NCBI GenBank assembly: GCA_010015805.1
Contig: ML978135.1
Location: 372,001 to 436,000, forward strand
DNA length: 64,000 nucleotides
Direction: 5' to 3'
Origin: Rhizodiscina lignyota
Lineage: Eukaryota
Shown here piece after piece: positions 48,407 to 61,085 of this stretch (the first letter of the stretch is position 1; every line of letters begins with the position of its first letter). The notes beneath the pieces are model-generated. The model had not been told where the DNA came from. It made no database searches and saw only the letters and a list, made by a program, of their open reading frames with translations. The position numbers were made by a program, and so were the translations under genes.

Positions 48407-49692
48407 TCACCTGTATTCCCCCCTTCCACTCTGTCCAAGGCTCTTGCCTCTTTCCCTCGCTCTCAATGGCAGCCCTTCTTTCATCAATTGAAATCCACTT
48501 CCAGTAGCTCCGCTCATGCTGAACCTCATCTTTTCAGCCTGTGCCATCGCTCTCTGCAATCCCACGGCTCCCTTTAAGAGCTTTGGACCGTCGACCTGCA
48601 GCTCAAAATCCATCAGATAGCACAAGCTTATCTCCAAACTCTTCAACTCGTTCTCGCTGACGCCTCCTACGCCTGCAAATCGCGCTTGTGGGTATCTCAG
48701 GTCTTCGTGTGCCTTCATCGCAATACGGAGAGCGGCCAGTAGCAGGCGGTGTGTGGTTCGTGGAGTGAGAGGGACGAGAGGATTCTGCTGATTAAACGAT
48801 GGTAACCCGAGGACGGAGATATAGTACGCAGCTGCCAGCCACACTGCGGTGCTCATAGGACAGTATCGCTGGAGACGTGTAAGGTAGGCATCGAGGCTGA
48901 TGGGCGGGACAGATTTAGAGAAGAACTTCCGCGCGATGGCGGCTGTTTGAGCATCGCGCTGCTCGGCAATCGCTTGTCTTTGTCTCTCTTCTGCGGATGG
49001 TGACTTGACAACATCAGTGTCAGGAGGAGTGGGTAACTGTGGTACGGGTGGTTCGTGGGTGGAGGCTTCGGGAGAGGAAAGCGTGACGGGCTTGAATGTT
49101 GGACGGCGAAGGTCCGAGTCTGGTATTGGAGTAGGGGTGTGAGGGCGTGAGGAGCTGCGCGAGTGGGAGGGGCGGAATTCCTTCAGCGGAGTAGAGGTGC
49201 CGGAACCACTGTTGTTCTCTTTGCCAGCTGAAGGAGGAGGCGTGGCAGAGCCTAATATCCCATCATTCCCGAATCTCATGATCTGAGTGACCGCTGGAGT
49301 CGCCGGAATGTCACCTGTGACAGCAGCGAGAGCCTCCACGCTGCGAGCCAGCAACTTCATTGCCACTTCTGGGCCAATGGTTGCAACGTCCCATTGTGGG
49401 TCACCTCCACTGAGCAAGTTCGGAGGAGATTCAGCATCGTGGGGTGGAGAGGCAATAGGAGGGATGACACCAGTGTCTAGAGACGGATTCGGGGGTGGAG
49501 GAGGGGAATGGAGAGCGCCTGAAGCTTTCGAGCTGGCCGTGGCTAGAGTTATGTTGGACTCTACGGTGGTGAGAGGAGTGCTTCCGGGATCTAGTGCACC
49601 ACTGCATCAGCCATCAATGGTTAACTCGCTCGGAAGACAAACGTACTGGTGATACCCGACGGGTGCGTGGGAGTCTCGATTGCCGTCGCCAT
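48407..49692 (-). CDS. PHO80/PCL-family cyclin (Pcl7-like)
   Basis: Cyclin box FFSKSVPPISLDAYLTRLQRYC...HRLLLAALRIAMK...FAGVGGVSENELKSLE. A short first exon MATAIETPTHPSGIT and an intron at about 49592-49646 join in frame. Confidence 0.9.
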
Positions 49693-51826
49693 CGTGTAGC
49701 TGCGCAGCTGGTTATGGTGGCCAATGGCCGTGTAGAGAAAGTTGTGAATGAATTGGTATGATGTTGTTTGATTCTCTCCTCCTCCTCTTCTACTATAACT
49801 TCCCTGTCGATTAAGTCATTATCCGCACCTGCTGAGGCGGAGAGCCATTCGACCGTGAGATTGGGTGCCCGAATGGAAGGGCCGACTGGAGGTACTTAGG
49901 GACTTGTGTCGTGAGACGTCTCGTTGCACGCACATGAGCATGTTAGGCACAAGCTGGCCACGGAGCACACGATGGAAGCAGACGGGTGTCGTGTCGTGTC
50001 GAGCGGCGAGAGGTGGTGGTGGGTCGGACGGGAGATGGAAGGCTTCCAATTGATCGATGGTGGTGAGTGGAGGGCAATTTCCGCAACGCGGGACAGTCAC
50101 CGCGTTTGGATTGGATGAAGGCGACAAGCGAGCGCAAGATCGAGCAGGCTCGCGGGCAAGTCCCTGCAGATGTGAGGCTACAGATTTACATGGGCTTCTA
50201 CATGGGAATTAGGAGGATCGCCGGCGTTCTCTTTCATGAAGTTGTAGAGCGCACGTGGGCCGGGCGTCTGTCGGGTGACCGTCAGAAAAGGCCCAGACGC
50301 CGCCTCCTATCCAATATCACAACCTGCCCTTATTATCCGGACGCTCTCTACAATCCCAAATCAATTGCCAGTTTAGCCGCCAATATTGAGCGTCTCGAGG
50401 TCAGGCGCCAGCTGTCCTCGCAGTTGAGTGCAAACACAGCATGCGCTGCAATAATAATCACCCCACAGTATCTTCCCCAGTCGTGGTTGATCGTATTGCC
50501 AGGTTTCAGGCACGCAGAGCTGCACCTCGCCAGATGCGGCCAGCATTCCAGTCAGATGCTTACTTGATCCGGCATATTGAAAACGCTGGGCCGTCATGTG
50601 CGGGTAGGTCTAGATCGCCTCGTTGTGGGGCAATGGGAGTGGTTGGTGGTACCTCGTATGCTGCAAATGCACGCTGGCCGGGGAGGTACCTTGAATCAGC
50701 ACGCGAGAGCGTTCGCTTGCGAAGAAGCATTCCAGAAAACCAGAAAACCCGCGTGAATTCCTGATCGCCAACGTTCTGCTAATCCGTGGGAATGGCGTGC
50801 TGGAGGCGATGTCGGCGGCCGAGTCAAGCGAAGTTGATCTTTGCAGTCTTCCGCATCCTCATCGCCACCACCAGAATCCATCATGCTCGTGGCAACAAGG
50901 CAGCGAACATCGACCCTCGGCCTTCGGATCGGAAGTTGGGTTGCGAAAGGTGACATTTCATCGAAGATGCGCCTCTCGCGGATCATGAGACGGCGAAACG
51001 GCGACGGATGAATAGCTTGCAGCTAATGCTCGATATCATTTTCGGCCTCTCCGATGCCGTCCGCATGGCCGCTAGCATCTACATTGGATCAGTTTTTCCT
51101 TTGTCTCCGAGGCTATTCAACATTCAATGAGTATCTTCGATATCTTGACTCTCCATGCTTCTCATATTTTCTAGCGTTGTAATGCGGTCTCGTGCGGCCT
51201 GTATTGTTGCGAGAATGTGCTCTGCTCAGCCGCGATTCAATATAAAAATGGACTGCCGTTACCTTGCCAATTCGTAGGCTTGAATTATGACACTAAGTCT
51301 TTACGTTGGACAAACACCAACCATCCGCCTCTTTCCGGGTATCGACATGGGAAGAAAACTCTAGCACTTCTATCAGAGTCTAGCTTGTATCACGCCCAGA
51401 GTATGGGAGCCAGACTTGACATTCACATTATCGTGAGTTGTCAATTGTAGCAATCCTCACAGCTATATCAATTTTGATCATGCAGGGGGTAGAAGCATAT
51501 AGAAGATACTGGGGCATATACTATGGATTGGATCCATTATGAACCAAGTCACTGAGCATGGCAAGTGAGAGTAAGTCAATACCGACGACGGTGACTATGA
51601 AGTGCATACCATTGATCGTAACTCATTTCCATTTGAGCTGTTCCAGACAGTTCGCTGATCGTTTAATCATCCTAGAGAAACTGCACACTCATTACGCTGC
51701 TTGCTGTTGAGTCTTGCCTTGATACCCATGCGCCTTCGCTTTTGAAAACAAAACCTCCATCTGGAAATCGCGTCCACCGCGATGCTTGATCCTTTCCTGC
51801 GCGCGAAACTCCTCACTCTTCACTCC

Positions 51827-52693
51827 TCACAACGCCTGTTGTGAAATCCGATGCAACTCCTCCTGAACCTGCCGATAGTTGAGCTGAAGCTGATGCGATT
51901 CCACCTCCTGAATCAAAGCATTCATCGAGTAGTTGTGTCCGCTACGCATCGCGATCCTTCCCTGCGCCTCGGCCAGAAGCTGCGTTCCCGTCGTCGACTG
52001 GTTCCAGAACCATAGCGGTGCCTTTCGCGGTATCTGGTGATGGATGATTGAAGCACATCGGGAAATCTTCGTCGCCTCTGCCAGGCCGGCGCTCTCGCCT
52101 ACCATCTTGTGGACGTTTCTCGGCGCGAAGGGGTCGTAGCGCGATTCGCGGTCTTTGATCTGGTAATCGATAGCCTGGATAGCGTAATTCATGTACATGG
52201 TGACCTCCTTCTTGAACTGCCTGGCACTCTTCGCCTTACCGAGAACCTTGATGGACAACTCGGGGTTGCCTTCGCACGCGTATGCCAGAACCGTGTGGTA
52301 GGTATGTCGGCCGATGAGTTCGTCCTGGGGGCTGATTTCGGCATTGTAGCCCTGACCCAGGTGGCTCCAGCCGAAATACTTCTCCATGCTCTCCATCATC
52401 TGCGCGTAGCGCGCCTTCTCTTGCGGATTGTCGGTGCTGCCGATCGGAACTTCGACTGGGCGTGCCTTCTCGGCCCCATCTGCTTGCGTATAAGCGTTCG
52501 TGCCGTGGAGGCAGCGTGCCTCGAACAGCGGTTCTCGCTTGCCTGCCTGCCCGTTGAACGGGCCTCTCGAATATGCGATGCGCAGGGTGGTGTCGCTGGA
52601 AGCGGCGACGTGCTCCACCCAGCACCGTCTGCAGACACGGCCTTCCGGCGCAAGCTGTGGTGCGCGAGGGCCCTCGCTCTCGCCGCTTGGCAT
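51827..52693 (-). CDS. Hypothetical protein
   Basis: 288-aa ATG ORF with GC3-rich codons, a CA-rich 5' leader and a TATAAA box at about 52800 on the minus strand. No family was recognised. Confidence 0.65.
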   Translation of the reverse strand: MPSGESEGPRAPQLAPEGRVCRRCWVEHVAASSDTTLRIAYSRGPFNGQAGKREPLFEARCLHGTNAYTQADGAEKARPVEVPIGSTDNPQEKARYAQMMESMEKYFGWSHLGQGYNAEISPQDELIGRHTYHTVLAYACEGNPELSIKVLGKAKSARQFKKEVTMYMNYAIQAIDYQIKDRESRYDPFAPRNVHKMVGESAGLAEATKISRCASIIHHQIPRKAPLWFWNQSTTGTQLLAEAQGRIAMRSGHNYSMNALIQEVESHQLQLNYRQVQEELHRISQQAL

Positions 52694-54034
52694 GTTTGGT
52701 GTGTTTATTGTTGATTTGTTAGAGGAGAGAGGTGCAGGAAGTAGATGTTGTGGAAAGGTTGGAGGTTGAAAGGCGGATGTTGCACAAGGAACTAATTTAT
52801 AAGGGGCCCGTGCCTAGGCACACAATTCCGTGACTGTGTTGTCTTGAATGTGTTTATCGTCCTCTGTACAACCCTACGAGCGAAGTGAATAGACGACTGA
52901 ACACCAAAGAAACAAGCTGTATCTGCCTGTTTAGTACCAAGTTCAACAGTCAAAGCAAGCCTAAAACCATCTAGATCTGCACGTTCAAGATGAATAGGGG
53001 TAAACGTACTTTGAAAACACCATTGATTGAGCTCTCGTCGCTCGACATCCAGCCTCCAATCGCGAGCTCCACCTCCATCTTCCCACTCCGCAATATTTCC
53101 GAACACCACTACCCTCTCCACAATATTCCTAGTGCTCGGGCATATTACACCAATAGATTGGGCCACCGGGCCCATCCATCTCCACCATAGTACCAGTTAC
53201 TGCAAGGAATGCGCAGGGACCACCCGCTCCGCGGTTGCCACTAGACAGACGAGAGTAGCGGTTGAGCTTAGGCCTAGACGCCAGCATGATGGCCCCAAAC
53301 AGGAAAGCGAAAGACATTGTGACGCGGTAGATATAAGTGAATGTTATATGGAAACGTCACACACCACTTATTACGGGAAACCGGAATTTTCAGCCATATT
53401 ACCTTGGTAATAGAAAATACATTTAAAGATGGGTCATTCTAACCTGACCCGCTTCCATCAGTACAAAGGGGCCAGTTTCTCGTTTGAGACCTGCAACGTC
53501 ATCTCTTTTCCGCGATATCGAGAAGCAAATCTTCTAAGGTAGGCCTGGCAAGGTGCGCCCTGATAACCTCGAATGTAAACTCACCAATACGCGAAAGCCT
53601 CCGGGAAGTGCTGAATGCGACTTTAATAGAGTGGCTCTGTAAACTGTACGCTCGTAGGAAGCTAAATCTTTCGTATGCGCAAGTATCTAAGCATCGGTTG
53701 GGCAGTGGACACTTGCTATTAGGGCAGGCCCTTTGCAGGCAGCAGTAGCTTGATCCACAATTTCGAGCACGTTTCTCGTTTGAACTGTTCATGAATGAAA
53801 TGGCTTCCCGGATTAGACTTTCATATGAAATTTTAGCCTCTTGGACGATGATATGGGAAATACAGTCGATTCATGCCCTCGGACAGATCAGACGAAGTCG
53901 ATTTTAAGTTGCGCCGATGCGCCACGCGACGCCATTCCCCTTCGGGTACCAGGTTTCAAAGTCTCCCTTGCAATGAAGCTTAGCATTGCTTGAATTTTTG
54001 CTTCTATAACATTTTATTCTATGGACTATACTTT

Positions 54035-54529
54035 TCAGGCCTTCGGATTCTTTTCAAACTGAGCCAATCCTTCGAAACCGCTGAGCCATGACGCTCGTCT
54101 GCACGTAAACCCCTCGACAGTGGGCTTAAACAAGTCCAGCGGATCCTCCTCCCCTTCCTCTCGATCGAGAACGCCCGTCTTCACCACCACAATCCCCGGG
54201 AATGCCTCTGGCATGGCATACATACTCGTCGAACAGGTGGGGCAGAAGTAGAGATGAATCGGTTTGCCGCTGTCTCCATGGGGCGAGATGTAAACCTTGG
54301 GCTCTATGCTTCCGCCCAATTTGAATGAGGACTCGGGGATGATGCAGTTGGTGCTGAATGCCGCACCTGTCACTTTGCGGCACTGGATGCAGTGACATGC
54401 GTTCTGCAGTATTGTGAGCTGCTGACATCATCAGTTGTTGCGTAGCTAGTCCCATACCATCAGGAGTGGCTCCGCATCGTAGGAGACTGTGATGCCGCCG
54501 CAGAGGCAGCTCCCTTTCGCGGCAGGCAT
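54035..54529 (-). CDS. GFA/CENP-V (Mss4-like) zinc-binding protein
   Basis: MPAAKGSCLCGG, an intron at about 54405-54457, then ACHCIQCRKVTG...FCPTC. Confidence 0.92.
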
Positions 54530-55326
54530 TTTTTTAACTGTCGTTTAGATATGAGGATGCAATGAATGTTCAGATTTATTTCAGCGCGAATTCACTCTCA
54601 TATGTAGTCCCACGGTCGGGAACGTTATCTAGGTCGGCACGGTAAGATGGATCGACTTTAGTCCGCCCTCCGTCCCGATCTTGCATTTCATTTGGTTCCT
54701 CGTCACGTATGGATTTTGTCCAAGTCCAAAGGCTTACAAAGTAGCGCATCGCCGCGGGATATTGCGCCGACGTATACTTCAATGTCGGTTCAGTTCGAAA
54801 GGAACGGTATTCAAGCATTGCCGCACTTATGTTTGATTCACCGTTCAATCGAGCAGAAATCGTACAGGGACTCTGCTAGCGCATGTAGGCAGGCAATACA
54901 ATTAACGCAACATTCGTATTAAAGCACAGTGAAACTTAATATTGAGTAGATGTTCGATTGTGCATGGGTTCATCGGGCGCTCGTGGCTTTGTATAAAGGT
55001 AATGCGACTATGAGAGAACTGCATTCTGGGATATCACACTCAATGCCGAGCGAGCTGTAGACAGGCGCTGCTCCGCGCTCTGCGCAAAGGCAATGCAATT
55101 ATCGACGAATCGTATTCGAGAATTGCAATATCTATGTCAGAGCATACTTTCGGCGATGCATGAGATGTGCACTGGCTCTACCGCGCAATCGGCACAAATT
55201 CGAGCACAGTGCGCCCCAGCCTTGTTTGACTGCGACGAGTCAAAAGTACGTACCCTTCAGGCTCTGCAGTTCCCAAACCTCCCTTTATCCCCCTTTTTGA
55301 ACGGTAGGGTAGCCTTAGCGTCGAAG

Positions 55327-57404
55327 CTATTGCGCTGACAGCAACAAGGTCTCTTCCCACCATTCTTCTTCCATCTTGATTGCCAGTGCGATCGATTCCT
55401 TCTTCCGGAAGCCGTGTCCCTCACCTTCGAATATTACGACTTTCACCTTGCGACCCTGCTTTTTCATAACGTCTTCCATAACCCTAGTTTGTTCTTCAGG
55501 GACCACGGTATCGGCATCTCCTTGCAACAGTAATAGTGGAGCTTTGATCTTGTCTGCATGGAATCGCGCGCTTCTTGCTTTGTACACCTGCTCTTGTTCC
55601 TCTTCTGTCATATCCTTCTGGAGCACAAGCTCTTGCACAAAATGACTCTCAAATTTATGGGTGCCAGTAATGAGACCCTTCAGGTCGCTCACGCCGTACA
55701 GGCTCACTCCGCCCGCCCACACGTCGGGATGCGTCGTGAGTGCCTGCAAAACTGCATAGCCACCTGCACTTTCGCCAACAATTCCCACTCTCTTAGGGTC
55801 GATGAGACCTTCTGAGACGAGGTACGAAACACAGCTGACAGCATCATTAACGTCCAGGATGCCCCAACTGCCATATAGCTCATCACGATAGGCTCTTCCG
55901 TAGCCGGTAGATCCTGCATGATTGACGCACACATAGGCGAACCCGCGAGAAGTCCAATACTGCCTCGACAGGGCCAGGCCTGGTGTTATGTGGGCGATTG
56001 GCCCGCCATGCATGTACATGATCAGTGGTGGTTTTGCTCCCGCTGGACCTTGGAAATTTGGATTCTTCGGAGGGATGAAGAACGCGTTCGCGGAACCTTC
56101 TCTGTACTCTCCAACAGTCCGAGGGAAATTGATATGCTGAGCTTCGGAAATGGACAATCTTGGGATTTGCGTATCCGCAGATCGTTTGATGAGCCGCTTA
56201 TTTTCTGGGTCCCCGATATCGACAAGGTAAATAGCGTCAGGTTCCGTAAGAGTGCTTCCACGGATGATAAACTCGGTGTCAGACATGCGCCTGATAGCCT
56301 CTGCCTCAATCGCTACCAGACCCAGGGGCAGCTCTTGATGTTTTTCGGTATTGGCGTCGACAAGCATGAGATGGCTTGTTCCATTTTTGTTAAAAGTTGC
56401 CAAAAGCTTAGTCGCTGAAAGAGCAATGAAGGTTGTGCTGTTTTCCCATTGTCAGTAATTGGTCTGGGTCTGGCTCGACCACATATACTTACACTCCTAA
56501 GTAGCCTTGCCTACTCCCAAAGTCTCCGTCTTCGAGACCCTCAAGGTGAATATATTGGGGCTCTCTCGCTCCCGGCGACAGACGATAGAGCTGCCAGTAT
56601 CCCGTTCTGTCACTAGCAAAGAACAAAGCGCCATCAAACCCCCATCGAGGCTGGCATATGCTCTCAACTCCGCCCTCCTTAGTATGCTGTATCGCATTCT
56701 CTATAGTGGGGGCTTTCCAGTCCGCAGTAAAGAGGACTGTTTCTCTCCAAGGCATGTGAGGGTGATTCCATTCGATCCAGCAAATTCGAGTGCCGTCTGG
56801 ACTGAACTGGGGATCCTGGTAGAAATCGGCTCCCCTGCGAACCTTGAAGACCTCCCCGGTGTCGGAGTTGATCGCGACAACCAAGTTCTCAATTGGGTCT
56901 GTGGAATGGTCCTCTCCGACGGCAAGAATCCATTGCGGAGCTGTTGGGTTTATTGAGAAATCCGCATAGCGAAACGATGCTTTCGCTTGAATGATAGGTG
57001 CAATATCGGCGGTCTCCTGGTCAAGCAAGAAAACTCCGCTCGTTCGCGCATCTTGGAAGATCAATTTGCCATCCGGTCTGATAGTGACTGCGGCTCCCCC
57101 ATACTCATGGACTTTACTTGCAGCGCTATATTGAGGAGGTAGCAAGTCACGAACTTTGCCGTCAGTGTGCTCTTCGATGCAGCTTCGTCCGCCTTCTGAA
57201 GGACGAGATTCAGTGATGTAGATTTTACGGGTCGAGTTCTGGTCGTATAGCATGTAAGCTCAGAGAGATGATATAGGCATTGTTGGATGCTAGACTCACA
57301 TTGGCCTGCAATCCTTGAAATCGAATTGACTGCCCTGAGAGAAGTTCTGCAGTTATCGGGCTTTCCCACTTGCCATATGGCGCAACTTTTGGCTTGTCAT
57401 CCAT
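55327..57404 (-). CDS. S9 family serine peptidase (dipeptidyl/acylaminoacyl peptidase)
   Basis: N-terminal APYGKWESPITA, ESRPSEGGR, SKVHEYGG and HGGP, plus catalytic GESAGG, QGDADTVVP and EGHGF. Introns lie near 57250-57300 and 56435-56492. Confidence 0.93.
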
Positions 57405-58189
57405 CCTGCTGATTCTGTTCTCTTCTGCGACAAAAAGGAGATGAGTTTGACAGAGGAATGTATATTAAACTCGAGTACGACGAAGTTCGTTCCGACTAAG
57501 CTCGTTCCGACTGCTTACTGTTGCGTCGAGCTGTACCCCAGCACAGTGCCATTTTTCGCCAATAATGCAGGCCTTATTTGCTAACAGTAAGCACTAACAT
57601 GGAGAAAGAATGATTTGCTTGCGGGTAGACTGTGATATTCGAGTACAGTATGTGCGTGGCTAACGTTTGTGATACGATCTACGGAGATTTGCGACCGCGG
57701 CTGCCTGGGGAACGACATCGGTATCGTAGTGTCGGAGTTCGCTAAAAATGGTCCATCATTATCTATTTCTGCAATCTCTCCTGGTATTCAAAATTGAGCT
57801 GCTCGTATCCTCTTAATTGATTCATGAGTACAAGGCGTGGATGGATTCAAATTTCCAAGTTTCCAGTTTACTGGCGCATTTCACGGGACACACACCCATA
57901 CCACCGAACAGTTTCCATGTCGCTACTATTTTTCGGGTTCAAGCGCATAAAGGCAAAATATGCTTAAAGCGTCATACATGCGTGCTCCTCAGGTGCAGGT
58001 GGAGAAAGAGGTTTAACAAGTTTCTAGACTGCATTATCAAGCCTTTGCAAAATTGCCTGAAAAGATATTTTTGACACACAACGCCAACCTCTTCATAAAT
58101 CGGTAGTCATAATAGAGATCCCGCACCAATAGTCGCTCTGACACCTCAACACGTATGTACACTCTCCTACAGGGCAATATATATAAGTA

Positions 58190-59528
58190 TCATAGGCCAC
58201 CTAGCTTACGCTCCTCTCTCAACTCCTCCTTCATCCTCGTGATGGTTCCCACGCCGCCGTATACAAGCGCAGTGTAGACCATTGCTACACTGGCTCCAGC
58301 GTCGAGGATTTGTTTTGCTTGCTTCCCATTCGTGATTCCTCCTGTAGCGAAAATGACCTTTCGCTCCCCGGTCAACCCAGCTCCTTGATCGAGAGCCGTG
58401 CGGTACTTCTTCACTAGTGCCAACGTTCTCTCGAACATTTGCGGTCCCGAATATCCGCCTTGCTCTAGAAGTATCTGCGCTTCCCGAGCTGGAAGGACGT
58501 AGCCCTTGGGTAGTGGATCTGGGCGCCTTTTGGTAGTATTGCCGACGATTACGCCATCTACGCCAGAGTCTCTGACAGCCTCACAGATTCCAGCGATCTG
58601 CTCGTCTGTCTCTTCATCGGGGCTTACTTTCACCATGACTGCTGGTTTCGTTTTCCGTGAGGTTGATTTCGCTGCCCGAACCACGCCGTGGAGAATATGT
58701 GTGAGCGGACCGACGCTTTGAAGGGATCGAAGACCAGGTGTGTTGGGACTGGAGACATTCACAGTGATGATATCCGCATATTTTGCCAGCTTTTCTACGC
58801 AAGATACGTAATCCTGAGTGACAGCAGCAATGTCTGCGTCTGGCGTCACCTTGTTCTTTGCGACCTGAACAGCAAGGAGTTTTCCTTCCGTCAAACTGCC
58901 CGGTGGTACGCCAGCCTCGCCATTTAGCACGGCCTCCTCTCCTTCCTCATCAATCCCAAAACCGTGTCGGTAGGCATAATCCCGCACACGCTGGCGCAAA
59001 CGCATCGCAACGAAGTCCTCGCCTTCAGAGTTGAGTCCATAGCGGTTGATGAGTGCATTCTGCGAAGGGATACGGAAGACTCTAGGTTTGGGATTTCCAA
59101 CTTGAGGATGCGGTGTCACGCCACCGATTTCAACAACAGCTGGACCAAGTTCGAGTAGTGGATCTGGGATATCGGCATTTTTGTCAATGCCAGCCGAGGT
59201 CCCAAATGGATTGCGCAGTGTGTGACCGAAAATTGAAATGGACAATCCATCATCGAGATTACCTCGCTCACGTGGCTCGAGGCGGAACGTATGAAGCATT
59301 TTGAGTGCCTTGGTGCCTGTCTCATGGGCAACTTCGGCATCCGGATAGATAAAGCGAAGGGTGGGAGGAATTAACCATTGATGTAACCCAGCCTAAAGAT
59401 TCATTTTAGAAGGCTTTCGTTCTGTCACAATGCCATACACTTACCCGAGTATCGGTGACATAGTAGTACCCAATGCCAGTACCCAGAGCAACGGCCGTAT
59501 AGCCCAGCCCACGTGCTATAGAGGCCAT
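58190..59528 (-). CDS. URA9: Class 2 (quinone) dihydroorotate dehydrogenase
   Basis: YYYVTDTR|AGLHQW...DAEVAH, SAGIDKNA, PQVGNPKPRVFR, INRYGLNS, NVSSPNTPGLR, VKVSPD, GNTT, GGYSG and TGGI; intron at about 59395-59444. Confidence 0.95.
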
Positions 59529-59895
59529 GCTGGGAGGATTTTGACCAGACTTGGAAACGAGTGGAAATCTACTGCAAAATGCTGAATTTCCTGAGGCGAT
59601 ATACCAGCCTTTGATGCCTTTCCAAGCTTCAGGCCCCGAGCCGTTTGAGTGGAATTAAGGGCTTTGTTTCCTGCTTCGTCACCTCATCGTGCCTCAATCG
59701 ACATAATAAAGCACTGGGTTATAATTGGCAGAGCGGATTTTGTGTGTTCAGAAATCTTAATAGCTCATGACAGAGCTGTAGCAAGTCGGACACCAGGTCC
59801 ACCCTGGCCATCGATGAATCTGACGAGAGGTTGGGAGGTGGCCGATAATCTCCCGTAGCCCCGGAGTTCCACCGAACTGTAACCGAAACTAAAGC

Positions 59896-60216
59896 ATTTG
59901 GTGTATGCAAAACAAGTGGAAACCTTGGCGCTTTTTTTTTTCTTGGGAGAAAACACCCATAAGAGGCCCGTGCGTAGATCCTTAGCAAGCTCGACCAGAA
60001 TCTTAAAAATTCTAATTTTTAGAAAAACTACTCTTTATAATATAAATTCTTAAATAAAATTTATATTTTTAGAAAGTACTTAATCTAGGCTATATTCTAA
60101 GATAAATTTTATATTATATATAGAGTGTTTAAGATTTAGAATTCTCGAAAAAGTGAGGGGTTTTTTGAAAGAAAAAAAAGGCGCTAAGGTTTCTACTTGT
60201 TTTGCATACACCAAAT
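59896..60216. mobile_element. MITE/fold-back non-autonomous element with about 48-bp terminal inverted repeats and a RIP-like AT-rich interior
   Basis: Left ATTTGGTGTATGCAAAACAAGTGGAAACCTTGGCGC(T)n is the reverse complement of right (A)nGGCGCTAAGGTTTCTACTTGTTTTGCATACACCAAAT except for transitions. The interior is very AT/TpA-rich. No clear TSD. Confidence 0.85.
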
Positions 60217-61085
60217 TTCCTGGATTTCCGCGCTAAGGAGGCCCTTCTCACGCGTGGCACTAGCCGAATCTTCATCCCGCTCTACTCTATATTTCTCCCG
60301 CGAACCTTGCGGCTTACTGATAACATGTCGATCGGCCTGAAAGTAGGGATAAAGTAGGGATAGCCTCCGGCAGTTTTTGTCTAAAACGTCTTCCTGACTG
60401 AACCTCCTGAACATTCTTAGGAATCATTCACTTTCTCCCCCGTCAGTGTCAACTGTTGTTCGGCCCCTCGTAACCCTCGTAAAGTCGGTGCTTTGCTGTG
60501 TTAACCAGTTACGTAGACCTATATCAGAAACTGGAATAGCTTTCTCCCCAAGCAAGCGTCGCAAAATTTCCAGAACCGCCAACCAAATATCCACCACGGC
60601 GACATTTTCTCATGCTTATTGTCAAGGCCCGCGCAAGTTTCCACAATCCGCGTCACCTATTGACATCAATATAAGCCCTTGGGAAACACTGTATCCTTCA
60701 CCTATATCCGTTTTGGCATTTAGGCAGACTAGGGAGAACGTTGCACTCGAACAGGGCTGTCAGCATTCGCAGCCACCGAGACACGTTTATTTTGTCCAGC
60801 ATTGAACCTCTGATGGCCAATACATCATCCATATGAAGTATTCTAGCTGACGATATAAGCTAAGCTTAGCTTTTCTGTGACCAGAGCGCTGGGGATACGG
60901 ATACGCTCGTAAAGGGAGGAGCCGGAGACTTTCATAAGTAATCAAGTTTCGCTCTATTATTATGCCTTCCACACTGTTGTCCTTTTCTCTATGTCCGAAA
61001 CCATCTCCGCCCAAAGACTTTTTTACTAGAAACATTTCTCCGACCAAAGTTTTGTTGCACAGCTTTGTTGTTTTACGTTGGCGTT

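Noticed and set aside
49800..51800. Short ORFs upstream of the cyclin
   Set aside because: No recognisable product; consistent with a long regulatory region.
60340..60361. AAAGTAGGGAT tandem duplication beside the MITE
   Set aside because: Two short copies only, not positioned as a target-site duplication.
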